Shown: positions 20,512 through 29,514 of the stretch, piece after piece
Layout of the letters: each line of letters starts with the position of its first letter
How positions within the stretch are numbered: the first letter of the stretch is position 1
Notes under the pieces: generated by a model
Databases searched by the model: none
What the model saw: the letters and a program-made list of their open reading frames with translations, nothing else
What the model was told of the DNA's origin: nothing
Position numbers and translations under genes: made by a program
DNA from: an uncultured Eubacteriales bacterium
GTDB taxonomy: Bacteria; Bacillota; Clostridia; Lachnospirales; Lachnospiraceae
Direction: 5' to 3'
NCBI GenBank assembly: GCA_900545225.1
Contig: UQXZ01000005.1
Location: 22,313-86,312, forward strand
DNA length: 64,000 nucleotides

Positions 20512-21312
20512 TTATTCTTCGTCTTTTTTCTCTTCTGCAACTGCAGCTTCTTCATTTCCCTTATTTCTGAAGCCGAGGAATACAGGTAATCCAAGTAAGA
20601 TAGAACCACCGATAATATTACCAATAGTTGCAATAAGCATATGTAATGGCATCATTGTCCAGTCTACGGCACCGCCAAGACCTACAACACCTAAAGTAAA
20701 TAATCCGATATTTGCAATACAATGCTCAAGGCCTGGGAAAACGAAGGCAGTAACAAATAATAATATAAAGAAAAGTTTAGCTGCTTCGTTCTTCATTTTC
20801 ATATTGCCGTAAGCAGCGATACAAACAACGAAGTTACAAAGGATTGCCTTAAGTAATAACTGCCATACGTTAAAATCTAAACGAGCCTCAATAATAGGCT
20901 GAATATATGACATAAGGCTTGCTCTCTGAGCACCGCTTAATACGAAAACGGAAACTACAAGAATAAGACCACATGCATTACCGAGGTAACACATTCCCCA
21001 TAAGCCGAGTGTCTTACTGAACTTAACCTTTCTGTCAAACACAGGAATAATAGCTGTAAAGCAGTTACCTGTGAAAAGCTCCGCTCCTAAGAAAGAAATT
21101 GCAACAAGACCAATACCGAATGTTGATGCAAGTGCTAATCGTGCAACAGTAGGATTATCCTGGAATCCGGCGCCCATTGTAAAAGCAAACAATGTTGCGA
21201 CACCAAGGAAAATACCTGCCATGAATGCACGCCAGAAATATTTTCCGGGCGTAGCAGATAAAGTTTTATATTTTGATAAAGCGATTCCGTTTATCAATTG
21301 AACATCATTCAC
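20512..21312 (-). CDS. formate/nitrite transporter (FNT) family protein
   Basis: Six-TM 266-aa protein with FNT-like motifs (AELFTGN, GLEHCIANI). GTG start with SD AGGGAGGG. Confidence 0.8.
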   Translation of the reverse strand: MNDVQLINGIALSKYKTLSATPGKYFWRAFMAGIFLGVATLFAFTMGAGFQDNPTVARLALASTFGIGLVAISFLGAELFTGNCFTAIIPVFDRKVKFSKTLGLWGMCYLGNACGLILVVSVFVLSGAQRASLMSYIQPIIEARLDFNVWQLLLKAILCNFVVCIAAYGNMKMKNEAAKLFFILLFVTAFVFPGLEHCIANIGLFTLGVVGLGGAVDWTMMPLHMLIATIGNIIGGSILLGLPVFLGFRNKGNEEAAVAEEKKDEE

Positions 21313-21599
21313 TTAATATTCCCTCCCTATAAAAATAATAATATTTAGCTATTATAGTAAGAAAATATGCTGATTGTAAAGGGCGAATGGATTTTTTTGT
21401 ACATTTATTTATACAATAATAAAATAAAGTGAAAAGGAATTTGCATTAAATTTAATTTAAAAAAAGGGATAAACAGGTTAAAATTATATAAGAATTTACA
21501 ATTTATACATATATTGTATGGTATAATACTATATTAAATAGTTATGTTAACCATATAGACTATATGTTTATTATATAGACCAAAGGGGGGGAAGTATCG

Positions 21600-22820
21600 A
21601 TGAAGTTGTTCGAGAAGTCCAATAAGCTTGATTATGTGTGTTATGACATTCGTGGTCCTGTTATGGACGAGGCCAACAGAATGATTGAAAGTGGACGAGA
21701 TGTTTTAAAATTAAATATCGGTAATCCTGCTACATTTGGATTTGAAGCTCCTGAACCTATTGTCGAAGAAATGAAAAAAAGACTTGTGAGTTCAGAAGGA
21801 TATTCTCATTCAAAGGGATTATTGGAAGCAAGAATAGCAATATCTGAATATTGTTCTAAAAAGCATATTCCAAATGTTACACCTGATGACATTTACACAG
21901 GAAATGGTGTAAGTGAACTTATAACACTCACAATGAACGGATTACTCAATAACGGAGACGAGATGCTTGTTCCTGCTCCTGACTATCCTCTCTGGACAGC
22001 TTCAGTTACTCTTGCGGGTGGAAATGCAGTTCATTACATTTGTGATGAATCATCAAACTGGTATCCTGACATTGAGGATATAAGATCTAAGATTACGGAT
22101 AAGACTAAGGGTATTGTAGTTATTAATCCAAATAACCCTACAGGTGCTTTATATCCAAAGTCATTACTTGAGCAGATTGTTGAGATTGCAAGAGAGTATG
22201 ATCTTATTATATTTGCAGACGAGATTTATGACAGACTCGTATTTGACGGCAAGGAACATATCTCAATAGCATCACTTGCTCCTGACAGACCGGTTATTAC
22301 ATTTAACGGTTTATCAAAGTCACATTTAATGGCAGGATACAGAATCGGCTGGATGTCAATCTCAGGTGATAAGTCTAATATAGAAGATTATATTGCGGGA
22401 ATTAACTTATTATCTTCAATGAGATTGTGTTCAAATGTACCTGGACAGTCAATTATCCCTATGGCCATAGATATGCTTGATTCATCAGATGAGATGATTG
22501 TTCCGGGTGGAAGGGTTTATGAGCAGAGAGAGGCTATATATGAAGCAATCTGTGATATTCCTGGATTAAGTGCTGTAAAGCCTGATGCTGCATTTTATAT
22601 TTTCCCTAAAATGGATGTTAAGAAGTTCAACATTATTGATGATGAGAGATTTGCTCTTGACCTTCTTAAAGAGAAGCAGATTCTTATCACTCATGGTGGT
22701 GGATTCCATTGGACAAATCCGGATCACTTTAGAATAGTATATTTACCTGATGTAAATATGATTGAAGAAGCAGCAGTGAAAATGAAAGATTTCTTTGCAA
22801 ATTATAAGCAGAAAGTTTAA
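21600..22820 (+). CDS. class I/II PLP-dependent aminotransferase (AlaA-like)
   Basis: NPNNPTG, and SKSHLMAGYRIGW carrying the PLP lysine. 406 aa. Confidence 0.8.
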   Translation: MKLFEKSNKLDYVCYDIRGPVMDEANRMIESGRDVLKLNIGNPATFGFEAPEPIVEEMKKRLVSSEGYSHSKGLLEARIAISEYCSKKHIPNVTPDDIYTGNGVSELITLTMNGLLNNGDEMLVPAPDYPLWTASVTLAGGNAVHYICDESSNWYPDIEDIRSKITDKTKGIVVINPNNPTGALYPKSLLEQIVEIAREYDLIIFADEIYDRLVFDGKEHISIASLAPDRPVITFNGLSKSHLMAGYRIGWMSISGDKSNIEDYIAGINLLSSMRLCSNVPGQSIIPMAIDMLDSSDEMIVPGGRVYEQREAIYEAICDIPGLSAVKPDAAFYIFPKMDVKKFNIIDDERFALDLLKEKQILITHGGGFHWTNPDHFRIVYLPDVNMIEEAAVKMKDFFANYKQKV

Positions 22821-22862
22821 GTGGCGATTCAGACTATAGGATTAAGTAGTTAAGGATGTTGT

Positions 22863-23834
22863 ATGAAGAAAAAAATGCTTTTCGTATTCAATCCTAAAGC
22901 AGGAAAAGGAAAGATAAAGAATCATCTTATTAAAATGATGCAGATTCTTACGGCGGGAGGATACGATGTAACAATTTATCCTACAAAGTGCAGATTTGAC
23001 GCATTTGAATATGTAAGACGTGTTGAGAGCAACTTTGACGTAATAGGATGCTGTGGCGGTGACGGTACCCTTAATGAGGTTGTAGGCGCACTGCTAAAAA
23101 ATAAATCTAAGGTTCCGATTGCGTATATACCGGGTGGAACAATGAATGACTGGGGAACAAATCTTGGTATGTCAAGCAACATGGAAACATCTGCGAAGAT
23201 GATAGTAGATGGTTCACCAATGTTATTTGATATAGGAAAGTTCAACGGTAAGAATTTTAACTATGTGGCGGCCTTCGGTGCATTTACGGAAATTGCATAT
23301 GATACATCACAGAAGTTAAAGAAGGTTATCGGTCAGACAGCCTACGGTGTAACGGCTCTCAGAGCTCTTATGAGACTGAGACCGTTCAATTTAAGAGTAG
23401 AGTGTGAAGAACGCACTTTAGAGGGCAAGTATTTATACGGTATGGCTAATAACTCCAATGTTATTGGGGGATTCAGACTGGATGGTATGCATACAGACCT
23501 GCATGACGGAAAATTTGAACTTCTCCTTATTAAGAAGTTTAAAAATCCACTTGATTTTCCAAAGTTATTAAATGCAGCCATTATTCAGGATTATATTAAT
23601 ACTGATACTGTTGATGTAATTGAAACATCAAAGGCGAAGATAATATTTGATGAGCCTGTTAAATGGACTCTTGATGGAGAGTATGGTGGTAAGCATAAGG
23701 AGATAGACATTGAACTTGTTCCTGATGCAATTAATTTCATTGTGCCTCCAAAGGACTGTAAACAGATTCGTCTTGAGGAAAAGAAAAAAGTACATTTACA
23801 AAAACTTATAGAAAAAAAGAAAAAAGTTTTTTGA
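22863..23834 (+). CDS. diacylglycerol/lipid kinase (YegS/DagK family)
   Basis: GGDGTLNEV catalytic motif, with a Lys-rich C-terminal tail. Confidence 0.8.
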   Translation: MKKKMLFVFNPKAGKGKIKNHLIKMMQILTAGGYDVTIYPTKCRFDAFEYVRRVESNFDVIGCCGGDGTLNEVVGALLKNKSKVPIAYIPGGTMNDWGTNLGMSSNMETSAKMIVDGSPMLFDIGKFNGKNFNYVAAFGAFTEIAYDTSQKLKKVIGQTAYGVTALRALMRLRPFNLRVECEERTLEGKYLYGMANNSNVIGGFRLDGMHTDLHDGKFELLLIKKFKNPLDFPKLLNAAIIQDYINTDTVDVIETSKAKIIFDEPVKWTLDGEYGGKHKEIDIELVPDAINFIVPPKDCKQIRLEEKKKVHLQKLIEKKKKVF

Positions 23835-23936
23835 CATAAATGGCGTATTTAAGCCGTTTACGTGGCTTTTTACATTTGTGAAAAATCAAAAAACAGAATG
23901 TATTGATTTTTGTACAAAAAAAGTTTTTGAAAAGTG

Positions 23937-23965
23937 TTGACAGTGGTATATACGAATGTTAATAT
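23937..23965 (+). promoter_or_regulatory. candidate promoter of tRNA-Leu(AAG)
   Basis: Consensus TTGACA, 17-nt spacer, TAATAT. A/T-rich UP-like tract upstream. The tRNA 5' end lies about 15 nt downstream. Confidence 0.55.
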
Positions 23966-23979
23966 ACCATTGTTGTCAC

Positions 23980-24064
23980 GCAGTCGTGGCGGAATTGGCA
24001 TACGCGCTAGACTAAGGATCTAGTGAGCATTGCGCTCGTGAGGGTTCAAGTCCCTCCGACTGCA
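23980..24064 (+). tRNA. tRNA-Leu, anticodon read as AAG (type II, long variable arm, no encoded CCA)
   Basis: Acceptor GCAGTCG/CGACTGC plus discriminator A. Anticodon stem CTAGA/TCTAG with loop CTAAGGA. Variable arm GAGC/GCTC. T-arm GAGGG-TTCAAGT-CCCTC. Confidence 0.8.
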
Positions 24065-24073
24065 TTACTGAAA

Positions 24074-24099
24074 CCCCCGCTCAATTGAGCGGGGGTTTT
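24074..24099 (+). terminator. rho-independent terminator after the first tRNA
   Basis: CCCCCGCTC-AATT-GAGCGGGGG followed by TTTT. Confidence 0.8.
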
Positions 24100-24160
24100 G
24101 CTATAAATAAATTAAATTTTCAGATGGAAATATTTAATTTAAACTTTCAATTTTATCCCT

Positions 24161-24244
24161 GCGGAAGTGTCGGAATCGGCAGACGAGCAAGATTCAGATT
24201 CTTGTGTGAGTAATCACGTGTGAGTTCAAGTCTCATCTTCCGCA
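24161..24244 (+). tRNA. tRNA-Leu, anticodon CAG (type II, no encoded CCA)
   Basis: Acceptor GCGGAAG/CTTCCGC plus discriminator A. Anticodon stem CAAGA/TCTTG with loop TTCAGAT. Variable arm GTGA/TCAC. T-arm GTGAG-TTCAAGT-CTCAT. Confidence 0.8.
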
Positions 24245-24249
24245 CTATT

Positions 24250-24283
24250 AAAAGAGCTCCTGTATTACAGGAGCTCTTTTTGT
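24250..24283 (+). terminator. rho-independent terminator after the second tRNA
   Basis: AAAGAGCTCCTGT/ACAGGAGCTCTTT followed by a T-run. Confidence 0.8.
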
Positions 24284-24330
24284 TGCATTTAAACCCAACA
24301 TTTGTAGAATACATTGAATACAACATAAAG

Positions 24331-24359
24331 TTGTCATATAAAAACTACAATGCTATAAT
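24331..24359 (+). promoter_or_regulatory. candidate promoter of the SCIFF operon
   Basis: TTGTCA, 17-nt spacer, TG-extended TATAAT (24354-24359). Confidence 0.55.
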
Positions 24360-24396
24360 ATGCACATATTTGTTTAGTTCTTTAGGAGGGTTTACC

Positions 24397-24546
24397 ATGA
24401 AGCATATTAAGACACTTAACGAAAGAGTTTTAAAGGATACAATTGAGCATGGCGGTTGTGGTGAATGCCAGACATCATGTCAGTCAGCATGTAAGACATC
24501 TTGTACAGTTGGTAATCAGCACTGCGAAAACGAAAACAACAAGTAA
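24397..24546 (+). CDS. scfA: six-cysteine ranthipeptide precursor SCIFF
   Basis: 49 aa: MKHIKTLNERVLKDTIEHGGCGECQTSCQSACKTSCTVGNQHCENENNK. SD AGGAGGG 7 nt upstream. The GGCGECQTSCQSACKTSCTVGNQ core is the SCIFF signature. The longer track ORF (24220-) overlaps the tRNA. Confidence 0.9.
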   Translation: MKHIKTLNERVLKDTIEHGGCGECQTSCQSACKTSCTVGNQHCENENNK

Positions 24547-24565
24547 TACTTTCTAAAAGTATTTG

Positions 24566-24598
24566 AAGGGAGCGCTTTTTAAGCGCTCCTTATTTTAT
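24566..24598 (+). terminator. intra-operon hairpin/partial terminator between scfA and scfB
   Basis: GGAGCGCTT/AAGCGCTCC followed by TTATTTTA. This placement is typical of RiPP precursor/enzyme stoichiometry control. Confidence 0.5.
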
Positions 24599-24714
24599 GT
24601 ATTAACGTATCATAAATGAACAATTGGTAACGGAATATTTTTTGGGTTTATGATACAAATATAAGATGGGTTAAAAAGAGTAACTTATTATAAAGAGATA
24701 GGGGTTTTTGTGTA

Positions 24715-26115
24715 ATGGTTCATCAGTATAAAAATAACGGTTACAACATTGTAATGGATATTAACAGCGGTGCGATTCATGTAGTTGATGATGTTGTTTA
24801 TGACACATTATTACTTATGGATGAGCAGATGCTTCCGGAAGAAGAGGTTTTAGCAAGATATAATGCAAAATGCTCTGAGGGTGCAACAGATATCAGCACA
24901 TCATATACAGAAGCAGAGATCAAAGAAGCATATGAGGAAATTAAAGAGCTTTATGATGCTGAAATGTTATTTACAGAAGACATTTACAAGCCTGTAATTG
25001 AGGATCTCGATAAGAGACCTATAGTTCTTAAGGCACTCTGTCTTCATATAGCACACGACTGTAATCTTGCCTGTGAGTACTGCTTTGCAGGTAAGGGTGA
25101 ATATCAGGGCGAGAAGGCCATGATGAGCTTTGAGACAGGTAAGAAGGCTCTTGATTACATGGTAGCCAATTCAGGCAGCAGAAGACATTTAGAGGTTGAC
25201 TTCTTTGGTGGTGAGCCAACAATGAATTTCGAGGTTGTTAAGAAGCTTGTAGATTACGGTAGAGAGCTTGAGAAGAAGCACGATAAGGTATTCCGTTTTA
25301 CATTAACAACTAACGGTCTTCTTGTTGATGATGAAATGATCGAATACATGAATAAAGAGATGTCAAATGTTGTTCTCAGTATTGACGGAAGAAAAGAAGT
25401 TAACGACAGAATGCGTCCTACAAGAAATCATGCAGGAAGCACATATGACATTATCGTTCCAAAGTACAAGAAGATAGCTGACAGCAGAAATCAGGAAAGA
25501 TATTACGTAAGAGGAACATTTACTCATAACAACCTTGATTTCTCAAAGGATGTTTTACATTTAGCTGATTTAGGATTTAAGGAAATCTCAGTTGAGCCTG
25601 TTGTAGCTCCAAGCAGCGAGCCATATGCAATTAAAGAAGAAGATTTACCAACACTTCTTAATGAATATGACATCCTTGCAAAGGAAATCGTAAAGAGAAC
25701 AAAAGAGGGCAGAGGCTTTGACTTCTTCCACTTTATGATTGACCTTGAAGGCGGTCCATGTGCAACAAAGAGATTACAGGGGTGTGGATCGGGTTGTGAA
25801 TATGTATCAATCACTCCTACAGGAGAGATTTACCCATGTCATCAGTTCGTAGGTATCGATAACATGGAACTCGGAAATCTTGATGAGGGTATTAAGAGAG
25901 AAGATATCAGACAGGAATTCCACAAGAGTAACGTTTATACAAAGCCTGATTGTGAAAAATGTTTCGCTAAGTTCTACTGTAGTGGTGGTTGTGCAGCTAA
26001 TGCATACAACTTCTCAGGTGATATCAACGGCAATTATGAAATCGGCTGTGAATTACAGAGAAAAAGAGTTGAGTGTGCAATTATGATTAAGGCAGCTCTT
26101 GCTGATACAGAATGA
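24715..26115 (+). CDS. scfB: radical SAM/SPASM thioether-forming SCIFF maturase
   Basis: CNLACEYC radical-SAM cluster motif and a Cys-rich SPASM C-terminus (CGSGCEY...CHQF...CEKCFAKFYCSGGC). Adjacent to scfA. Confidence 0.9.
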   Translation: MVHQYKNNGYNIVMDINSGAIHVVDDVVYDTLLLMDEQMLPEEEVLARYNAKCSEGATDISTSYTEAEIKEAYEEIKELYDAEMLFTEDIYKPVIEDLDKRPIVLKALCLHIAHDCNLACEYCFAGKGEYQGEKAMMSFETGKKALDYMVANSGSRRHLEVDFFGGEPTMNFEVVKKLVDYGRELEKKHDKVFRFTLTTNGLLVDDEMIEYMNKEMSNVVLSIDGRKEVNDRMRPTRNHAGSTYDIIVPKYKKIADSRNQERYYVRGTFTHNNLDFSKDVLHLADLGFKEISVEPVVAPSSEPYAIKEEDLPTLLNEYDILAKEIVKRTKEGRGFDFFHFMIDLEGGPCATKRLQGCGSGCEYVSITPTGEIYPCHQFVGIDNMELGNLDEGIKREDIRQEFHKSNVYTKPDCEKCFAKFYCSGGCAANAYNFSGDINGNYEIGCELQRKRVECAIMIKAALADTE

Positions 26116-26120
26116 TGAAT

Positions 26121-26237
26121 AGGGTGCAACGCACCCTGTTTCTACGCAGTGCATTGATATGCACTTTTGATGCAATAAGGTGCGTTGCACTGAAATGTAC
26201 TTTTAATGAAATGGGATGCGATGCACCCCATTTCATT
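26121..26237 (+). repeat. array of four short GC-rich hairpins after scfB; the last is probably the operon terminator
   Basis: AGGGTGC-AAC-GCACCCT (26121-37); AGTGCAT-TGAT-ATGCACT (26148-65); GTGC-GTT-GCAC (26180-90); AATGAAATGGG...CCCATTTCATT (26205-37). Confidence 0.6.
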
Positions 26238-26289
26238 GTGTTTATGACTATGTTTATTTTCTTAAAGGAAGGATCTGTAAGTTAATAAT

Positions 26290-28116
26290 ATGAGTAATAA
26301 AGAGTGGAGAGTATATACAAAGGCTGCTGATTTCAACGGTCTTGCAAAGGAATTTAATATAGATCCCGTTGTTGCGAGAATACTTGTTAACAGAGACATA
26401 AAAGAAAGTGATATTGCAGGCTTTGTTAATCCTGACTTTGGAAAGCTTCATGATCCATTTCTCATGAAGGGAATGAGAGAAGCGGTTGATATTATTCACA
26501 GATCCATTTCTAACGGAGAGAGAATAAGAGCAGTCGGGGATTACGATATCGATGGTACTTCATCATGTGGAATACTTGTACGAGGCTTAACTAACATCGG
26601 TGCATATGTGGATGCAAGAGTTCCTCACAGAATAAAGGACGGATACGGAATTAATAAATCAATGATAGACATTGCAAAGGCTGATGGTGTATCCACTATA
26701 ATTACATGTGATAACGGAATTGCTGCAAGAGAAGCGGCAGTCTATGCAAAAGAGTGTGGTGTTAAGCTTATTATTACGGATCACCATGAGGTTCCTTATG
26801 AGATTGTAAATGGAGAAAAGAATTATATTTTTCCGGATGCTGATGTAATTATAGATCCTAAGCAGCCGGGATGTGAGTATCCGTTTAAGGAATTATGCGG
26901 TGCAGGGGTGGCATGGAAGCTTATATGCGCTCTTGGAGTTGATGAGGAGATATTAATACAGACTCTTCAGCTTGCTGCATTTGCCACAATAGGCGATATC
27001 GTATCACTTCAGGGTGAGAACAGAATACTGGCTAAAAAAGGCCTCGAATTAATCAATAAATTAAAGACTGTTTCGGAGTATTATGATTCCTATTCAGAAT
27101 ATGAAGAAATGGATTTTGTGGATGATTATGAGTCAGAAAGCTATGATATTGTAAAAAATGCTCAGAAATCAGCAGCCATTTTAGGTTTAAATGCTCTTAT
27201 AAACGTCACAGGGTATACAGATAAGAATATCGGTGCATTTGAAGTAGGATTTATCCTTGGGCCATGTATAAATGCAGCAGGACGCCTTGATGATGCCATG
27301 AATGCGGTTAACCTGTTTTTAACTGATGATTATGAAGAAGCACTGGTAATTGCCAGTAAAATTAATGAACTTAATAACACCAGAAAAAATATGACACTGG
27401 ATGCTGTTAACAGGGCAATCAGAATAATCAGTCAGGAGGGGCTTGCAGACAACAATGTTATAGTCTGCTATATTCCTGACTGCCATGAAGCTCTTGCAGG
27501 TCTTGTAGCCGGCAGAATTACGGCTCAGTACTATAAGCCGACGATTATCTTAACGGATGCCATGGGAGACTTTGAAGGACAGGCTAAGGCATCCGCCAGA
27601 TCAATAGAGGGCTTTAACATGCATGAGGCACTTACATCAGTAAGTGATCTGTTGTTAAAGTTCGGTGGTCATAAAATGGCAGCGGGATTTTCCATTAATA
27701 TTTCCGATATTCCGGAATTTACAAAAAGAATAAATGAATATCCTGCTGATCTGGGTACATATAAGGAAACAGTGTGGATAGATGTTCCAATGCCACCTTC
27801 TTATGTGAGTGAAAAGCTCATTAATGAAATAAATATGCTTGCTCCATTTGGAGAGGGCAATAAGAAACCGTTATTTGCTTTTAAGGGATTAAAGGTTGTT
27901 GATGCCCGTGTTCTTGGTCAGAAAAACAATTTCTTAAAGCTCTTACTTGAAATGGAAAATGGAAAGAGATTTGTCGGTGTAAAGTTTATCAGCGCCGGTG
28001 ATAAGATTCCTCAAGCCGGTAATGTGGTATCTGTTACATATTTCCCGGAAATAAATATATATGATGGTAATAAAAGCCTTCAGCTTAGAGTTGAAGACTT
28101 CGTAAGTATAAGCTGA
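26290..28116 (+). CDS. recJ: single-stranded-DNA-specific exonuclease RecJ
   Basis: DHH motifs GDYDIDGTSS, ITCDNG, IITDHH, plus a DHHA1 GGH motif (FGGHKMAAG). Confidence 0.85.
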   Translation: MSNKEWRVYTKAADFNGLAKEFNIDPVVARILVNRDIKESDIAGFVNPDFGKLHDPFLMKGMREAVDIIHRSISNGERIRAVGDYDIDGTSSCGILVRGLTNIGAYVDARVPHRIKDGYGINKSMIDIAKADGVSTIITCDNGIAAREAAVYAKECGVKLIITDHHEVPYEIVNGEKNYIFPDADVIIDPKQPGCEYPFKELCGAGVAWKLICALGVDEEILIQTLQLAAFATIGDIVSLQGENRILAKKGLELINKLKTVSEYYDSYSEYEEMDFVDDYESESYDIVKNAQKSAAILGLNALINVTGYTDKNIGAFEVGFILGPCINAAGRLDDAMNAVNLFLTDDYEEALVIASKINELNNTRKNMTLDAVNRAIRIISQEGLADNNVIVCYIPDCHEALAGLVAGRITAQYYKPTIILTDAMGDFEGQAKASARSIEGFNMHEALTSVSDLLLKFGGHKMAAGFSINISDIPEFTKRINEYPADLGTYKETVWIDVPMPPSYVSEKLINEINMLAPFGEGNKKPLFAFKGLKVVDARVLGQKNNFLKLLLEMENGKRFVGVKFISAGDKIPQAGNVVSVTYFPEINIYDGNKSLQLRVEDFVSIS

Positions 28117-28131
28117 GAATAATTACAAAAT

Positions 28132-28167
28132 AAAAACGGTCAGATTAAATCTGACCGTTTATTTTTA
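28132..28167. terminator. bidirectional terminator between recJ and the CLC gene
   Basis: 12-bp stem AAACGGTCAGAT/ATCTGACCGTTT with flanking A/T runs. Confidence 0.75.
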
Positions 28168-28212
28168 TCTTTATATTAACTTGAAATCGTAAGCACACAG
28201 ATATCTTTTATG

Positions 28213-29514
28213 TCAGGTATCTATATGATGTGATTTTCTGTTAATAAATGTTGTACTGTATTTTGAGTACATAATTTTCTGAGTTTTATAAATACTGAAG
28301 TATTCGGAAATTAGGTAACTTACCGCAACGCATATCATGGTGTAGTAAATCTGACTGGCACCAAATAATTCCACGGAGAATACTATGGCCGTGATCGGAC
28401 TGTTTGTAACACCGCAGAATACGGCTGCCATTCCACATGCCACAACAAGTGGGATTGGAAGTCCAAACATAGGTGCAAGGAAACTTCCCAGTGAGGCACC
28501 CACGAACATGGCAGGAGCAATTTCTCCTCCCTTGAATCCGGCGCCCAGGGACACCGCCGTAAACAGTATTTTCAGCAGGAATACATACCATGGTGCGGAA
28601 ACAAACAGTAAATCAGGAATCTGGCTGATACCTGTTCCAAGGTACTCATTTGACTGTAATACAAGTGTAAGAAGCGCTACAATTCCTCCACCTACAGCCA
28701 TTATTAAGTACTGGTTCTTTAATACAGCTTTGAAGAACTTTGAAAATGTTTCAAATGCTACTATGTAGAGCATACTTACAGCCGCAAATATGATTCCGAG
28801 TAATACAAGCTTACTACCGCTGGCAAAGTTAATTGATGGAACATCACCTATTGAAAATGTAGTTGCAGCTATTCCCATATATTTGGAAATACCTCTCGCA
28901 ATAATTGCTGATAAGAAGCATGGTACGATGGCTGCGTAATGCATAACACCAACGCTGACAACTTCCATGGCAAATATTGATGAGGCAGCGGGAGCACCGA
29001 AAACTACTGCGTAGCAGGCGCCCATACCGGCCATAATAAGAACATGCTTATCATTTTCATCCAGACGGAAAATTCGTCCCAGTGTATTACCGAAGGATCC
29101 ACCCATCTGGAAGTTGGCAGATCCTCGACCGCATGAACCACCGCACAGGTGTGTAAGTAACATTCCTGAGAAGATAAGAGGTATTACTCGGAATGAAATT
29201 TTTTCACCGGACTGTACGGACTGGATAATAAGGTTACTTCCTGTATTTCCTGCCTGTCTGAATATCTGATACAGGAATACTATGAAAACACCTGCAAGAG
29301 GGAGGAAATATACAAGCCATGGATTTTCCAATCGGAGATTTGTGACAAAATTATATGCGTGTGTCGCAAATGTACCTAAAAAGCCAAGAACCACACCTAA
29401 AATAATGGAATAAAAACACCATTTTATAAGTGTTACAAAGGCTAATCTCTCTTTGTTGGCAAATTCGCCTACATCCTTTTTGTCATAAAAAAACTTTTTT
29501 GTAAAACGAGACAT
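28213..29514 (-). CDS. CLC-family anion channel/antiporter, CLC-F-like motifs
   Basis: 433-aa polytopic protein. Motifs GSNLI, GGSCGRGSANFQMG and GGEIAPAMFVGASLG sit at the three CLC selectivity-filter positions. Confidence 0.75.
   Translation of the reverse strand: MSRFTKKFFYDKKDVGEFANKERLAFVTLIKWCFYSIILGVVLGFLGTFATHAYNFVTNLRLENPWLVYFLPLAGVFIVFLYQIFRQAGNTGSNLIIQSVQSGEKISFRVIPLIFSGMLLTHLCGGSCGRGSANFQMGGSFGNTLGRIFRLDENDKHVLIMAGMGACYAVVFGAPAASSIFAMEVVSVGVMHYAAIVPCFLSAIIARGISKYMGIAATTFSIGDVPSINFASGSKLVLLGIIFAAVSMLYIVAFETFSKFFKAVLKNQYLIMAVGGGIVALLTLVLQSNEYLGTGISQIPDLLFVSAPWYVFLLKILFTAVSLGAGFKGGEIAPAMFVGASLGSFLAPMFGLPIPLVVACGMAAVFCGVTNSPITAIVFSVELFGASQIYYTMICVAVSYLISEYFSIYKTQKIMYSKYSTTFINRKSHHIDT

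Noticed and set aside
24220-24396. The long form (108 aa) of the SCIFF ORF given in the track.
   Set aside because: Its 5' part overlaps tRNA-Leu(CAG), the tRNA terminator and the predicted promoter. The conserved SCIFF peptide starts at ATG 24397, right behind AGGAGGG.
28385-28768. 127-aa + strand ORF inside the CLC gene, plus the 101-aa minus-strand alternative-frame ORF at 28286-28591.
   Set aside because: Both overlap the 433-aa CLC ORF, which shows conserved family motifs across its whole length. Neither has independent support.
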